NCBI RefSeq assembly: GCF_000018465.1
Contig: NC_010085.1
Span: forward strand, 1,613,260-1,645,259
Direction of reading: 5' to 3'
From: Nitrosopumilus maritimus SCM1
GTDB taxonomy: Archaea > Thermoproteota > Nitrososphaeria > Nitrososphaerales > Nitrosopumilaceae
DNA: 32,000 bases
In this document: positions 9,393-18,767 of the stretch, piece after piece
How the letters are laid out: every line of letters begins with the position of its first letter
How positions within the stretch are numbered: position 1 is the first letter of the stretch
Made by a program: the position numbers and the translations under genes
The notes under the pieces: generated by a model
Databases searched by the model: none
The model's input: the letters and a program-made list of their open reading frames with translations, nothing else
Told to the model about the DNA's origin: nothing

Positions 9393-10271
9393 TTGTTGGG
9401 TAAACTATCAGTAATTTGTGGAAAATCCTCTGAAGATTTAGGAAAGAAATTAGCTAGAAAAATTAAAGCAAATTTGGTAAAATCAGAGGTAAGAATTTTT
9501 CCTGATGGAGAAAGTAAGATAACACTCAAGGGAAACATATCTAAAAGAAAATCAATTGTTGTCCAATCAATTTATCCACCTGTTGATACAAATCTTATCC
9601 AAGCATTATCATTAATCTCAAAAGCTAAAGAAACTTCATCTGAAGTAATTGTTGTAATTCCTTACATGGGATATGCAAGACAAGATAGAGAATTTTTGCC
9701 AGGAGAAATTGTTACCATGAAAGTTTTAGCAAAATTGTTCAAGGGTGCTGGTGCATCAAAACTAATTGCAGTAGATATTCACAGTTTAATTGGACTCAAA
9801 TATTTCACCATAAAATCCAAAAATGTATCAGCTGTCCCAGATTTGGCAGCATATTTCAAGAAATTGAGCCTAAAAAATCCGTTAGTTGTTTCGCCTGATC
9901 AAGGTGGAAAAGAAAGAGCAAAAGAATTTGCCAAAGAAATGGGAATAGAATTCATTGCATTACAAAAGAAAAGGGATAGAAAAACTGGTAAAGTACAGAT
10001 AAAAACAAAACAGGCTAATGTAATAGGGCGTGATCTGATTTTGGTTGATGATATGATCAGTACTGGTGGAAGCATAGTTAATGCAACAAAATTTCTTAAA
10101 AAAGAAAAATGCAAGAGAGTTTTTGTTGCATGTACACATGCACTATTGATGAATGATGCTGAAAAGAAAATAAAAAAATCAGGAGTTACAAAAATTATTA
10201 GTGCAAATACCATTCCAGGTAATACATCAATAGTTGATGTATCAAATACAATTGCAAAGGCAATAATATAA
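9393..10271 (+). CDS. prs: ribose-phosphate pyrophosphokinase (PRPP synthetase)
   Basis: VRIFPDGESKI, VVIPYMGYARQDREFLPGE, VVSPDQGGKERAKEFA and PRPP-binding DLILVDDMISTGGSIVNA. TTG start. Confidence 0.95.
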   Translation: MLGKLSVICGKSSEDLGKKLARKIKANLVKSEVRIFPDGESKITLKGNISKRKSIVVQSIYPPVDTNLIQALSLISKAKETSSEVIVVIPYMGYARQDREFLPGEIVTMKVLAKLFKGAGASKLIAVDIHSLIGLKYFTIKSKNVSAVPDLAAYFKKLSLKNPLVVSPDQGGKERAKEFAKEMGIEFIALQKKRDRKTGKVQIKTKQANVIGRDLILVDDMISTGGSIVNATKFLKKEKCKRVFVACTHALLMNDAEKKIKKSGVTKIISANTIPGNTSIVDVSNTIAKAII

Positions 10272-11218
10272 TGCCAGAAAGTTTTTTTGTATTATCTAAA
10301 GAATATTTAGAGATTGCAATTGATGAGGTTATTACAATAGCAAAAACTTTTGATAGATTTTCTAAAATTAAAATTATTTCAAACTTAGTAATTATTCAAT
10401 CAAAAACTAATTGGTATGAAATTTCAAAGAAAGCAACATTTGTAAAAACATCAGGACAAATATTACGAAAAATGTCTGGATTGTTTTTAGATGAAGGAAA
10501 TTTTGAAATATTAAAAAATGCAAAAACATTCGTTTGTAGAATTATCAATTTATCTTCAAATCAGTTCGATATACCAGAATTGGAAAATTCCATGGGTGAT
10601 ATGATTTCAAAATTCTCTAATGCAAAAGTAAAACTTGAAAATCCAGACATTACAGTTTATTTGATTTTTACAAATAAAGAAAATTTTTTTGGGTTTTCCA
10701 AGATTACAAAGGAGAAAAAGAGACCAAAAAAGGCAATATCACAGCCACATGAATTAGATTGGAAATTAACAAGGGCAATGATCAATCTAGTTGGATTAAA
10801 AAAAGGAGAAACAGTATGTGATCCATTCTGTGGAACTGGTACAACGCTTCTAGAAGCTGAGTCAATGGGAATTCACGGAATTGGTCTAGATTTTGATGAA
10901 AAAATGGTTGAAATCACAAAAAAGAATCTCAAAGAAAATGGATACAAATCAAGAGTAATTCATTCAGATTTCCAAGAAATTAAGAACATGGCTGATGAAT
11001 TTGACGGTATTGTAACAGATTTCCCATATGGAAAAAATACAAAAACATCAGAAAAACCTGAAGAGATCATTAAGAAATTTGTGACTATTGTACCAAAAAG
11101 AAAGAAGATGGCTATAATGTACAAAAAGGAATTGGGAGACAAATTGAAATTAAAAGGATTAAAAAAATATCAAATCTATAGGCATAAAAGCTTGACAAGG
11201 ACAATTCTGATAAAATGA
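10271..11218 (+). CDS. THUMP-like / RNA methylase, probable tRNA (guanine(10)-N2)-methyltransferase
   Basis: SAM-binding DPFCGTGTTLLEAESMGIHGIGLDFD and catalytic-like TDFPYGKNTK (cf. DPPYG). Start codon overlaps the upstream stop (TAATG). Confidence 0.82.
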   Translation: MPESFFVLSKEYLEIAIDEVITIAKTFDRFSKIKIISNLVIIQSKTNWYEISKKATFVKTSGQILRKMSGLFLDEGNFEILKNAKTFVCRIINLSSNQFDIPELENSMGDMISKFSNAKVKLENPDITVYLIFTNKENFFGFSKITKEKKRPKKAISQPHELDWKLTRAMINLVGLKKGETVCDPFCGTGTTLLEAESMGIHGIGLDFDEKMVEITKKNLKENGYKSRVIHSDFQEIKNMADEFDGIVTDFPYGKNTKTSEKPEEIIKKFVTIVPKRKKMAIMYKKELGDKLKLKGLKKYQIYRHKSLTRTILIK

Positions 11219-12114
11219 AACTTGTATTTCTTGGAACTTCAGCTGCACAACCAACTGAGAACAGAGGATTATCATGCATATGTTTAGAGAGAGAAGGTGA
11301 AGTTCTCATGTTTGATGCAGGTGAAGCCGCACAGATTTCATATATGAAATCAGGATTGGGTTGGAATAAAAAAATGAAAATATTTGTTACACATCTTCAT
11401 GGCGATCATTGCGTAGGAATTTTAGGATTATTACAAACAATGTCTATGCAAAATAGAACAGAATCATTAGAAATTTTTGGTCCAAGTGGAATTGAAGAAT
11501 TTATTGCAGCAAACATCAAAGTTTTGAATTTTGGGTTGTCATTTCCTATTTTGATCAATACAATAAAAGATGAAAAAATTTTTGAAGATGAAAAATTTTT
11601 AATCCGTACATGTAAAGCAAATCATTCTATTATTGCATTTTCTTATTTATTTGAAGAAAAAGACAAACCAGGAAGATTCAATGTTGAAAAAGCTAAGGAA
11701 TTAGGAATACCTGAAGGTGAATTATGGAATAAGTTACAAAATGGAAATGAGATTACAGTTAATGAAAAAATAATAAAACCAGAACAAGTTTTAGGAGAAA
11801 GACGTCCAGGTAAAAAAATAGGGATTTCTGGAGATACAATGCCTACAAAAGAATTAGAAGAATTTTTTGAAGAGTGTGATTATCTTGTATTTGATTCAAC
11901 ATTTCTTGAGGCAGAAAAACAAAAAGCGCAAGATACGTGTCACTCAACTGCAAAACAAGCTGCAACAGTAGCAAAAAATGCAAAAGTAAAGAATCTGGTC
12001 TTAACACATTTTTCAGCAAGATACAGAGACGAAGTAGAACATCTAAGAGAAGCAAAAGAAATTCATGATTCAGTAATTACTGCAAAGGATCTTTTAGAAA
12101 TAGAGATCAAATGA
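11215..12114 (+). CDS. rnz: ribonuclease Z (tRNA 3' endonuclease)
   Basis: FLGTSAAQPTENRGLSCI, metal-binding THLHGDHCVGILGLL, GDTMPT, DSTFL and LTHFSARY. Overlaps the previous CDS by 4 bp (ATGA). Confidence 0.94.
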   Translation: MKLVFLGTSAAQPTENRGLSCICLEREGEVLMFDAGEAAQISYMKSGLGWNKKMKIFVTHLHGDHCVGILGLLQTMSMQNRTESLEIFGPSGIEEFIAANIKVLNFGLSFPILINTIKDEKIFEDEKFLIRTCKANHSIIAFSYLFEEKDKPGRFNVEKAKELGIPEGELWNKLQNGNEITVNEKIIKPEQVLGERRPGKKIGISGDTMPTKELEEFFEECDYLVFDSTFLEAEKQKAQDTCHSTAKQAATVAKNAKVKNLVLTHFSARYRDEVEHLREAKEIHDSVITAKDLLEIEIK

Positions 12115-12839
12115 AAATGTTTGAATCAATTAAAGATCAAGTTAAGAATGCAAAAAAGATTGTTTTTGTTACTGGAGCAGGAATCTCACAAGAAAGTGGA
12201 ATTCCCACATTTAGAGGCAAAGATGGTCTTTGGAGAAACTATGATGCCATGAAATTGGCTACAATTGACGCATTTTATGATGATCCAAAATTGGTTTGGG
12301 AATGGTATAATGAACGAAGACACAATATTTTTTCAGCAAATCCAAACCAAGGGCACAAAGCAATTGCCGAACTTGAAAAATTTGCAGATGTTGTCAGTTT
12401 GACACAAAATATTGATGGATTGCATCAAAAAGCAGGCAGTACCAAAGTTTTGGAATTACATGGAAGTATTGTAAAAATAAAATGTACTGTTTGTGATTTT
12501 AGTGATGAAATAATGACAGATTTTACAGAAAATCCACCTTTATGTAAATGTGGAAGTATTTTGAGGCCAGATGTTGTTTGGTTTGGAGAGTCTCTACCAC
12601 AAGATGTTTGGCAAGAAGCAATAATTCATGCAAATCAATGCGATCTAATGATTATTGTAGGAACATCACTCGTAGTATCCCCTGCAAACACTTTACCAAT
12701 ATATGCAAAACAAAACAATGCAATGCTAATAGAAATTAATCCAGAAAATACTGAAATGTCATCAGAAATGGATCTTGTAATAAGAAACACTAGTGCTAAT
12801 GCATTACCAGAATTTGTTTCGTTATTCAAAAATTTATGA
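12111..12839 (+). CDS. NAD-dependent protein deacylase, Sir2 family
   Basis: VTGAGISQESGIPTFRGKDGLW, TQNIDGLHQKAG, ELHGS, zinc cysteines CTVCD...CKCG, and PDVVWFGE. Confidence 0.94.
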   Translation: MKMFESIKDQVKNAKKIVFVTGAGISQESGIPTFRGKDGLWRNYDAMKLATIDAFYDDPKLVWEWYNERRHNIFSANPNQGHKAIAELEKFADVVSLTQNIDGLHQKAGSTKVLELHGSIVKIKCTVCDFSDEIMTDFTENPPLCKCGSILRPDVVWFGESLPQDVWQEAIIHANQCDLMIIVGTSLVVSPANTLPIYAKQNNAMLIEINPENTEMSSEMDLVIRNTSANALPEFVSLFKNL

Positions 12840-13574
12840 AAATATACCACTAATGTTTGAATCCGATGAATCTCCAGGATTAAAAACTGATGAAGTTACA
12901 GTTCCATATTCTTCATGTTCCACAATCATGTCTATGAAATAAGGAATTCCTGCTGCATCATTTACAGTAGTTTCAAAGTTTGAAGAGAAAAATGTTCCAG
13001 AAAAAATTTCTTCTTGTTCTGATCGAAGTATAACATTAACACTATTTGTTTTTCCACTAGAATCAGAATACTGAAGTATGATATTTTCATCAGACATTTG
13101 TTTTGTAGATAATGAAAGTGTTTCATATACTAAAGGAGAAGAATTAGTTATGACTTGGCTTGATGATGAAGGTGGATTTAATGTAGAAATTTCATTTGAT
13201 GATTTTTGTTTGTTCGAAGAACTTCCAGTAAACAAATTTTGTATAGATTCGACAGGATTAAAGTTTGAAACTTTTTCATGAATTATGTTCTGGGAAGTTT
13301 CTTTTACATCAGAAACTTCATTAGAAATTTTATCTCCTGTTTCATGAATTTCATTTGTTATAGCATCACTAGTTTTATCTACAATTTTATCAATGGACTC
13401 ATCAATTCGGTTTTCTACAGCATTTGTTGCTTTAGTACCTATATTTGATATATCATTAGTAAGAGAATCGGTTATTGTTGCAGATGTGGTAGGGAAAAAT
13501 GAATCAATTTCATTTGAGAAAATCATTCCTCCTAGAACAATTATTCCTGCAATTATGCCTAATTTTATGAACAT
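12834..13574 (-). CDS. hypothetical protein with N-terminal TM/signal and Ser/Asn/Ile-rich helical stalk
   Basis: MFIKLGIIAGIIVLGGMIF followed by a heptad-like DISNIGTKATNAVENRIDESIDKIVDKTSDAI region and a beta-rich C-terminal domain. Confidence 0.7.
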   Translation of the reverse strand: MFIKLGIIAGIIVLGGMIFSNEIDSFFPTTSATITDSLTNDISNIGTKATNAVENRIDESIDKIVDKTSDAITNEIHETGDKISNEVSDVKETSQNIIHEKVSNFNPVESIQNLFTGSSSNKQKSSNEISTLNPPSSSSQVITNSSPLVYETLSLSTKQMSDENIILQYSDSSGKTNSVNVILRSEQEEIFSGTFFSSNFETTVNDAAGIPYFIDMIVEHEEYGTVTSSVFNPGDSSDSNISGIFS

Positions 13575-13648
13575 TTGTTAATAATTCTAAAAAATGGATT
13601 TTAGATTCATACTAAAAAAAATAGTCAAAAATGATTGAATTTTCTTAG

Positions 13649-14062
13649 CTAGTTTTCATCTCCATACACAAACCAATCAATGATTTCATCAATTTTTGAC
13701 GAAGTAAGTATAACTTTGATTGGGCCTAATGGAGATTCTTCAGATTCTTCACAAATGGCTATTTTTTCTACAAATGCAGCCTGTTTGTTTAGATAAAACC
13801 ATGTTGAATCGTTTTTTAGATTTTTTTGAAGATTCCGTTTATAGGTTTTCTGAGATTGCTTTGAGTGAATTACTTCGTATATTTTTTCTAAAGAAGTTAG
13901 GTCTTTTGATTCAGCAGAAATTGAATAATTTTCAGTTTTAATGGTTGAATATGGAAAAATGTTTGAAATTGATTTTTGAGTTTTTTCTGGATCTTCAGAT
14001 GGATTTACTGCACAAAACATTTCAATTTTACAATTAATATTTGGAATCTTCATAATACCCAA
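13649..14062 (-). CDS. putative RNA-binding protein, COG1325-like (exosome-subunit-like)
   Basis: FCAVNPSEDPEKTQKSISNIFP and FYLNKQAAFVEKIAICEESEESPLGPIKVIL resemble the archaeal RL5-fold RNA-binding family. Co-transcribed with the upstream kinase-like gene. Confidence 0.55.
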   Translation of the reverse strand: MGIMKIPNINCKIEMFCAVNPSEDPEKTQKSISNIFPYSTIKTENYSISAESKDLTSLEKIYEVIHSKQSQKTYKRNLQKNLKNDSTWFYLNKQAAFVEKIAICEESEESPLGPIKVILTSSKIDEIIDWFVYGDEN

Positions 14063-14598
14063 CTTTGGATAATTTCATTTGCAGATTCTATTAATTCATC
14101 TTTAGTTAATCCAATATTTGAAATTGCATAATCAGATAACGCAATTGAATTACTAATTCCAACACCTAATTCACGATTATCTCTTTCTTCAAAATGTTCT
14201 TTTGTTTGAGGATCATCTGATCTACCTCTTTTTTGTAGAAAATCAAATCTAGTGTCAGTTGATGCATGAATAGCTAATAATTTTACATTTCCAATTTTTC
14301 TTAAGACTTCAATTTCATCATTTGAGCGAACACCGTCAATCAAAATCACATTAGAAGAAGAAGATTCAATTTGTGGTTTTATTAGTTCAGCAATTGCACC
14401 AGGTCCATTTTTCTCTCTAAGTTCAAGCATTAATTTTCCAAGATTTGATCTTGATGGTTCCAAATTTCTTTTTTTTGCTTCCTCCCTTACTGCATTTCCC
14501 ATATTGACTATATCATAGCCTTTTGGTTTTAGTCCTTCAGCAATAGTAGATTTTCCAGCACCTGGCATGCCTGTCAAACACACAATTAGTTTTGTCAT
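14050..14598 (-). CDS. dephospho-CoA kinase-like P-loop NTPase (UPF0200/COG0237-like)
   Basis: IVCLTGMPGAGKSTIAEGL (Walker A), IDGVRSNDEI, AIHASTDTRFDFLQKRGRSDDP. ATG at 14598 puts the P-loop at the N-terminus; the track start of 14643 is less likely. Confidence 0.8.
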   Translation of the reverse strand: MTKLIVCLTGMPGAGKSTIAEGLKPKGYDIVNMGNAVREEAKKRNLEPSRSNLGKLMLELREKNGPGAIAELIKPQIESSSSNVILIDGVRSNDEIEVLRKIGNVKLLAIHASTDTRFDFLQKRGRSDDPQTKEHFEERDNRELGVGISNSIALSDYAISNIGLTKDELIESANEIIQSWVL

Positions 14599-14670
14599 TG
14601 AATATCGAAAACCAAACTCGTCTATGAAGCTACCGGAAATCATTATAAAGATACATCAAGGAAAATTGTA

Positions 14671-15213
14671 ATGCGAACTTTTGTGGCAATTGAGATTTCA
14701 GAAAATGACATAAAAAAATCTATTAAAGATTTTCAAAATAAATTACAAATTAATGCAAAGCCAATAAATTCAGATCAATTACATTTTACATTACAATTTT
14801 TGGGAGAAATTTCTGAAGAACAAGTGCAAAAAGTAATTGAATCACTACAAACAATCAAGTTTTCTGAATTTACCATAAACTTGAAAGGAATAGGAGCATT
14901 TCCCAAACCAAAATTTCCACGAGTGATTTGGATTGGAACAGATGAAGAAGGAGGGAAAAATCTGATTGAATTGGCAAAAAAAGTGGAAAATGTGCTTAAA
15001 CCTCTAGGATTAGTTTCTGATAAACCATTCAAGCCACACATTACAATATTTAGAATTAAAAAGAAGATTGGAGATATGACAGAGGAATTGAATAAACAAA
15101 AGTTTATGGATTTTGGAATGCAAAAAATTTCTAGGATTATGCTGAAAAAAAGTGAACTTACATCTGATGGACCAATCTATTCTAATTTAGAGGAGGTAAT
15201 TGCTGTAAAATGA
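14671..15213 (+). CDS. thpR: RNA 2',3'-cyclic phosphodiesterase (LigT/ThpR family)
   Basis: Two HxT/S motifs, LHFTLQFLGE and KPHITIFRIKK, plus N-terminal MRTFVAIEI. Confidence 0.92.
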   Translation: MRTFVAIEISENDIKKSIKDFQNKLQINAKPINSDQLHFTLQFLGEISEEQVQKVIESLQTIKFSEFTINLKGIGAFPKPKFPRVIWIGTDEEGGKNLIELAKKVENVLKPLGLVSDKPFKPHITIFRIKKKIGDMTEELNKQKFMDFGMQKISRIMLKKSELTSDGPIYSNLEEVIAVK

Positions 15214-16541
15214 AAAAAATTATTGCTAATATAATGAAGAATGTAATTCCAACAAAAACAATAGAAAAATCAAAAGAAGGAATTGCAAAAACAGCATTAG
15301 AATTAGTCAAAAAAGAAATTGAAAAATTTCCTGAAATTATAGGAGTAGAATTTGGTGGATCATTTGCTAAAGGCACATGGCTATCAAAAGATGCAGATGT
15401 AGATATTTTTGTTAGATTCAAAAAATCAATTTCAGAAGAGAAATTTGAAAAAATCTCTAAAAAAATTGGTTTTGATTCATTGAAGGAATTTTCTCCATAT
15501 GTAAGATATTCTGAACACCCATATGTTGAGGCTAAAATGAAGGATACAAAGATCAATGTTGTTCCATTTTATGATGTAAAAGCAGGTGAATGGAAAAGTG
15601 CTGCAGACAGATCACCATTTCATACAAAATTCATGTCAAAATCATTAACACAAAAAATGAGAAATGAAGTTAGAATTCTAAAGACATTTCTAAAATCAAA
15701 TGGAATCTATGGTGCAGAAATTGCAAAACAAGGATTTAGTGGGTATGTATCAGAAGTTCTAGTTTTACATTTTGGAAGTTTTGAAAATATGATAAAATCA
15801 ATTTCTAAAATTGAAGAAAATCAAGTAATTGGAAAAACTTCAAAGAAATTTGATACATCTTTAGTAATAATTGATCCGATAGATAGTAATAGAAACTTGG
15901 CTGCTGCAATATCAGATGAAAATATTGGAAAATTTATTCTTGTTTGTAGGGCCTTTAAAGAAAATCCTAAATCTGATTTTTTTAAGAATAAAAAATCAAG
16001 AGTTTCAAAGAAGCACTGGGGAAATATATTATCTATTAAATTCAATTTCAAAATGAGAAGTCCCGATATAATTTGGGGACAGATAAAAAGAGCTACATCA
16101 TCATTAAACACACAATTAGAATTAGCCGGTTTTACAGTACTAAGGAGTAGAGCATATACAGATCAACAAAAAGAAGCTTATCTCCTATTCCTTTTAGAAT
16201 CAACAAAAATTTCTGATATTTATGCAAAAAGTGGACCAGAGTTTTTCAGGGAAGGCAGTTCGAAGAGTTTCATTTCGAAGAATCTTTCAAATGCAGAATT
16301 AGTATGGATAGGAAATAACAAAAAAATCATCTCTCTAGAAAAGAGAAAACACGTAGATGCCAGTAAATTTATGAGTGAATTTTTGAAAAATAATCTTCAA
16401 ACAGGTATACCAAAGGGCCTCCAAGCTGATTTCAAACAAGGTTTCAAAATCACTATTGGAGAAAAAGGGTTAAGCAAATCAATTAAAGAGGTCGCAAGTG
16501 AATTGATCTCAACTGATGGCACACTCCTTCATTTCAATTAA
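15210..16541 (+). CDS. cca: CCA-adding enzyme (archaeal class I tRNA nucleotidyltransferase)
   Basis: GGSFAKGTWLSKDADVDIFVRFK, FVEAKMKDTKINVVPFYDVK and AADRSPFHTKFM. Overlaps thpR by 4 bp. Confidence 0.95.
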   Translation: MKKIIANIMKNVIPTKTIEKSKEGIAKTALELVKKEIEKFPEIIGVEFGGSFAKGTWLSKDADVDIFVRFKKSISEEKFEKISKKIGFDSLKEFSPYVRYSEHPYVEAKMKDTKINVVPFYDVKAGEWKSAADRSPFHTKFMSKSLTQKMRNEVRILKTFLKSNGIYGAEIAKQGFSGYVSEVLVLHFGSFENMIKSISKIEENQVIGKTSKKFDTSLVIIDPIDSNRNLAAAISDENIGKFILVCRAFKENPKSDFFKNKKSRVSKKHWGNILSIKFNFKMRSPDIIWGQIKRATSSLNTQLELAGFTVLRSRAYTDQQKEAYLLFLLESTKISDIYAKSGPEFFREGSSKSFISKNLSNAELVWIGNNKKIISLEKRKHVDASKFMSEFLKNNLQTGIPKGLQADFKQGFKITIGEKGLSKSIKEVASELISTDGTLLHFN

Positions 16542-17277
16542 GAAATTTGTGGATGAACCATACTCAGAAATTTTGGGATATCCAAAATCAACTCCACGTC
16601 AAACAAAGTCTAGAATTAATGAATTAGACAAATTAAAAATTAAATCAATTTCATTGACGGGTCCTACAACATTAGGAAAACTAGAGATTCTTGGAAAAGG
16701 ATACGTGGGTGTAGTTGTTCTTGCAAAAAAAGGAAGTAGAGAAGTTGCATTAAAAATTAGAAGAATAGATTCGCAAAGAAAAGAAATGAAGAGTGAGGCC
16801 AAATTATTGAAGTTAGTAAATTCAGTAAATGTTGGGCCAAAAATGATTGATGTAAGCAAAAATTTTCTGGTGATGGAATACATTGAAGGAATCAAAATTG
16901 TTGATTGGGTAAATTCTCTCAAAGGGGTAGGTAGTGTAAAAAAATTGAAATCAACAATAAGAAAAGTTCTTGAAGATTGTTATAATTTGGATCAAATTGG
17001 TTTTGATCATGGAGAGTTAAGTAATATCTCAAAACATGTTATTGTTGGAAAAACAAAATCTACTCTAATAGATTTTGAGAGTTCTAGTGTTAAAAGAAGA
17101 CCATCAAATGTTACATCAGTTACTCAAGCAATTTTTATTGGTTCAGGAATTGCAAAAAAAGTACAAAAAATTTACAAAAATCCACCAAAGGAGAAAATTA
17201 TTGGTGCACTAAAACAATACAAACAAGAAAAATCTCTTGAAAATTTTGAAAATCTCTTGAAAATTTTGAAATTGTAA
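16516..17277 (+). CDS. predicted Ser/Thr protein kinase (COG2112/RIO-Bud32-like)
   Basis: Glycine loop LGKGYVGVVVLA, VALKIRR, catalytic-loop-like DHGELSNISKHV and IDFESSS. Overlaps cca by 26 bp. Confidence 0.82.
   Translation: MAHSFISIKKFVDEPYSEILGYPKSTPRQTKSRINELDKLKIKSISLTGPTTLGKLEILGKGYVGVVVLAKKGSREVALKIRRIDSQRKEMKSEAKLLKLVNSVNVGPKMIDVSKNFLVMEYIEGIKIVDWVNSLKGVGSVKKLKSTIRKVLEDCYNLDQIGFDHGELSNISKHVIVGKTKSTLIDFESSSVKRRPSNVTSVTQAIFIGSGIAKKVQKIYKNPPKEKIIGALKQYKQEKSLENFENLLKILKL
17229..17271 (+). repeat. 20-bp perfect tandem duplication at the kinase 3' end
   Basis: AATCTCTTGAAAATTTTGAA occurs twice head to tail (17231-17250, 17251-17270), with 2 nt and 1 nt extensions. Confidence 0.95.
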
Positions 17278-17351
17278 TGGGACCGGCAGGATTTGAACCT
17301 GCGACCACTAGTCCCCCAGACTAGTATCATACCAAGCTAGACGACGATCCC
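17278..17351 (-). tRNA. tRNA-Pro (GGG anticodon), no intron, CCA not encoded
   Basis: Reverse complement GGGATCG TC GTCT AGCTTGGTA TGAT A CTAGT CTGGGGG ACTAG TGGTC GCAGG TTCAAAT CCTGC CGGTCCC A folds as a cloverleaf with a 7-bp acceptor, 5-bp anticodon and 5-bp T stems. Confidence 0.96.
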
Positions 17352-17407
17352 TTGTCTCAGAGGCACAAAATGAAATTATTAAATCGTCGTATTAACAACC
17401 AAAAATT

Positions 17408-17617
17408 ATGAAAATTTGTAATATTTGTCACAAGCTTTCTGCAACAGGAGAAGATCATATAGACTGCATTCAAAAACGAAGCATAGAGTTAGAAGCTGAA
17501 GATTTCAAAAATAATATTCCTGAAAAGCTAAATCTTTCTAAAAATGATAAAGATCTTGGTGTTGAAATGAAAGCTGTTTTAGAACATCTGGCAAGAGAAA
17601 AAGAAAATTCTGATTGA
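17408..17617 (+). CDS. small hypothetical protein with N-terminal Cys cluster
   Basis: MKICNICHKLSATGEDHIDC suggests metal binding. 69 aa, stops exactly where the convergent gene stops. Confidence 0.6.
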   Translation: MKICNICHKLSATGEDHIDCIQKRSIELEAEDFKNNIPEKLNLSKNDKDLGVEMKAVLEHLAREKENSD

Positions 17618-18766
17618 TTAAAGCCATTTGGAAAGTCTGTCTTTTTCAAATTCTAATTTACTTGAAAGATTTTCAGAAGTTTGTTCAGAAATACTAGTAG
17701 AAGGTTCTGGTTGTGAAAACATATCAACTTCAATAATTGATGCTGTTTCTCGTCCTGATTCAATAAAACATCCTCCCTTTCCATCAAATAATTCAGATTC
17801 TTCTTTTGATTGAAGTTTTGATACAATATTTTTTGCAACAGTTATACCCTCACCTTCTGCAAAAATTCCAGCTTTTGGTACTGCTTTATTTTCTGTGACT
17901 ACTAAACTGGTAACATCACCAACTGCAAATACATCTTCAAATGGAGTTTTACAATCTCTATCTATTTGAATAAATCCAGATTCTTTAGCCAATCCAGAAT
18001 CATAGATTACTTTTGGTGCAATATGAGGTGGAACAGCTAAAAGTAAATCAAATTCAGCTTCGCCATTTTCAAAAATTAATTTGTTTGATTCAACTGATTT
18101 TATTTTAGATGAATTGTGAAAAGTAATTTTTTCAGAGTTCACTAACTCAAGAATTTTTTTGCTAACTTCTGGGCCAGCTGCAGGTAATGTAATTGGAGCT
18201 GGGCTGTAAAAGTCAATTTGAACAGAATCACGCACTCCACGTTTTCTGAGCATGGAATCTATCAATAAACTGGCCTCAAATGGTGCTGGAGGACATTTGT
18301 ACGGCATTCCCATTATAGAAATGGCAATTTTTCCAGAATCAATATTTTGGAGTTTGTTGTGAATTTCTGAAAGTTGATTGTGATCATATAGATTGAACCC
18401 ATTTTCTGTTAATCCAGGAATTTTTTGTGGAGCTAAAACTGCACCTAATGATATTACAAGAAAATCATAAGAGATGTCTTCTTGTTTAGTCTTGACATTT
18501 TTGTTTTGAAGATCAATTGACAGTATCTCATCTTGTATGAAGTTGATTTCTTTTTTTTCTAACTGATTTAGGTGACCAATAGAATTTTCAAATGTTCGTG
18601 TTCCATTTATTATCCATAATTTTGCAAATCCCACCATAAACCAGTCTTTTTTATCAATAATTGTGATTTTGACCTGTGAAGATGACAATGAGTTTCTAAT
18701 CTCATTTGCAGTAGCAAGTCCACCAAAACCTCCTCCTAAAATTACAACGTGTGGAATATCTGTCAA
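17618..18766 (-). CDS. FAD/NAD(P)-dependent oxidoreductase, sulfide:quinone oxidoreductase-like
   Basis: PHVVILGGGFGGLATANEI dinucleotide fold, MPYKCPPAPFEASLLIDS, VFAVGDVTSLVV, KAGIFAEGEG and GKGGCFIESG. Confidence 0.85.
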   Translation of the reverse strand: MTDIPHVVILGGGFGGLATANEIRNSLSSSQVKITIIDKKDWFMVGFAKLWIINGTRTFENSIGHLNQLEKKEINFIQDEILSIDLQNKNVKTKQEDISYDFLVISLGAVLAPQKIPGLTENGFNLYDHNQLSEIHNKLQNIDSGKIAISIMGMPYKCPPAPFEASLLIDSMLRKRGVRDSVQIDFYSPAPITLPAAGPEVSKKILELVNSEKITFHNSSKIKSVESNKLIFENGEAEFDLLLAVPPHIAPKVIYDSGLAKESGFIQIDRDCKTPFEDVFAVGDVTSLVVTENKAVPKAGIFAEGEGITVAKNIVSKLQSKEESELFDGKGGCFIESGRETASIIEVDMFSQPEPSTSISEQTSENLSSKLEFEKDRLSKWL

Positions 18767-18767
18767 G

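Noticed and set aside
17278-17351. Possible intron in the tRNA, common in archaea
   Set aside because: The 74-nt sequence folds directly with a 7-nt anticodon loop CTGGGGG; no insertion.
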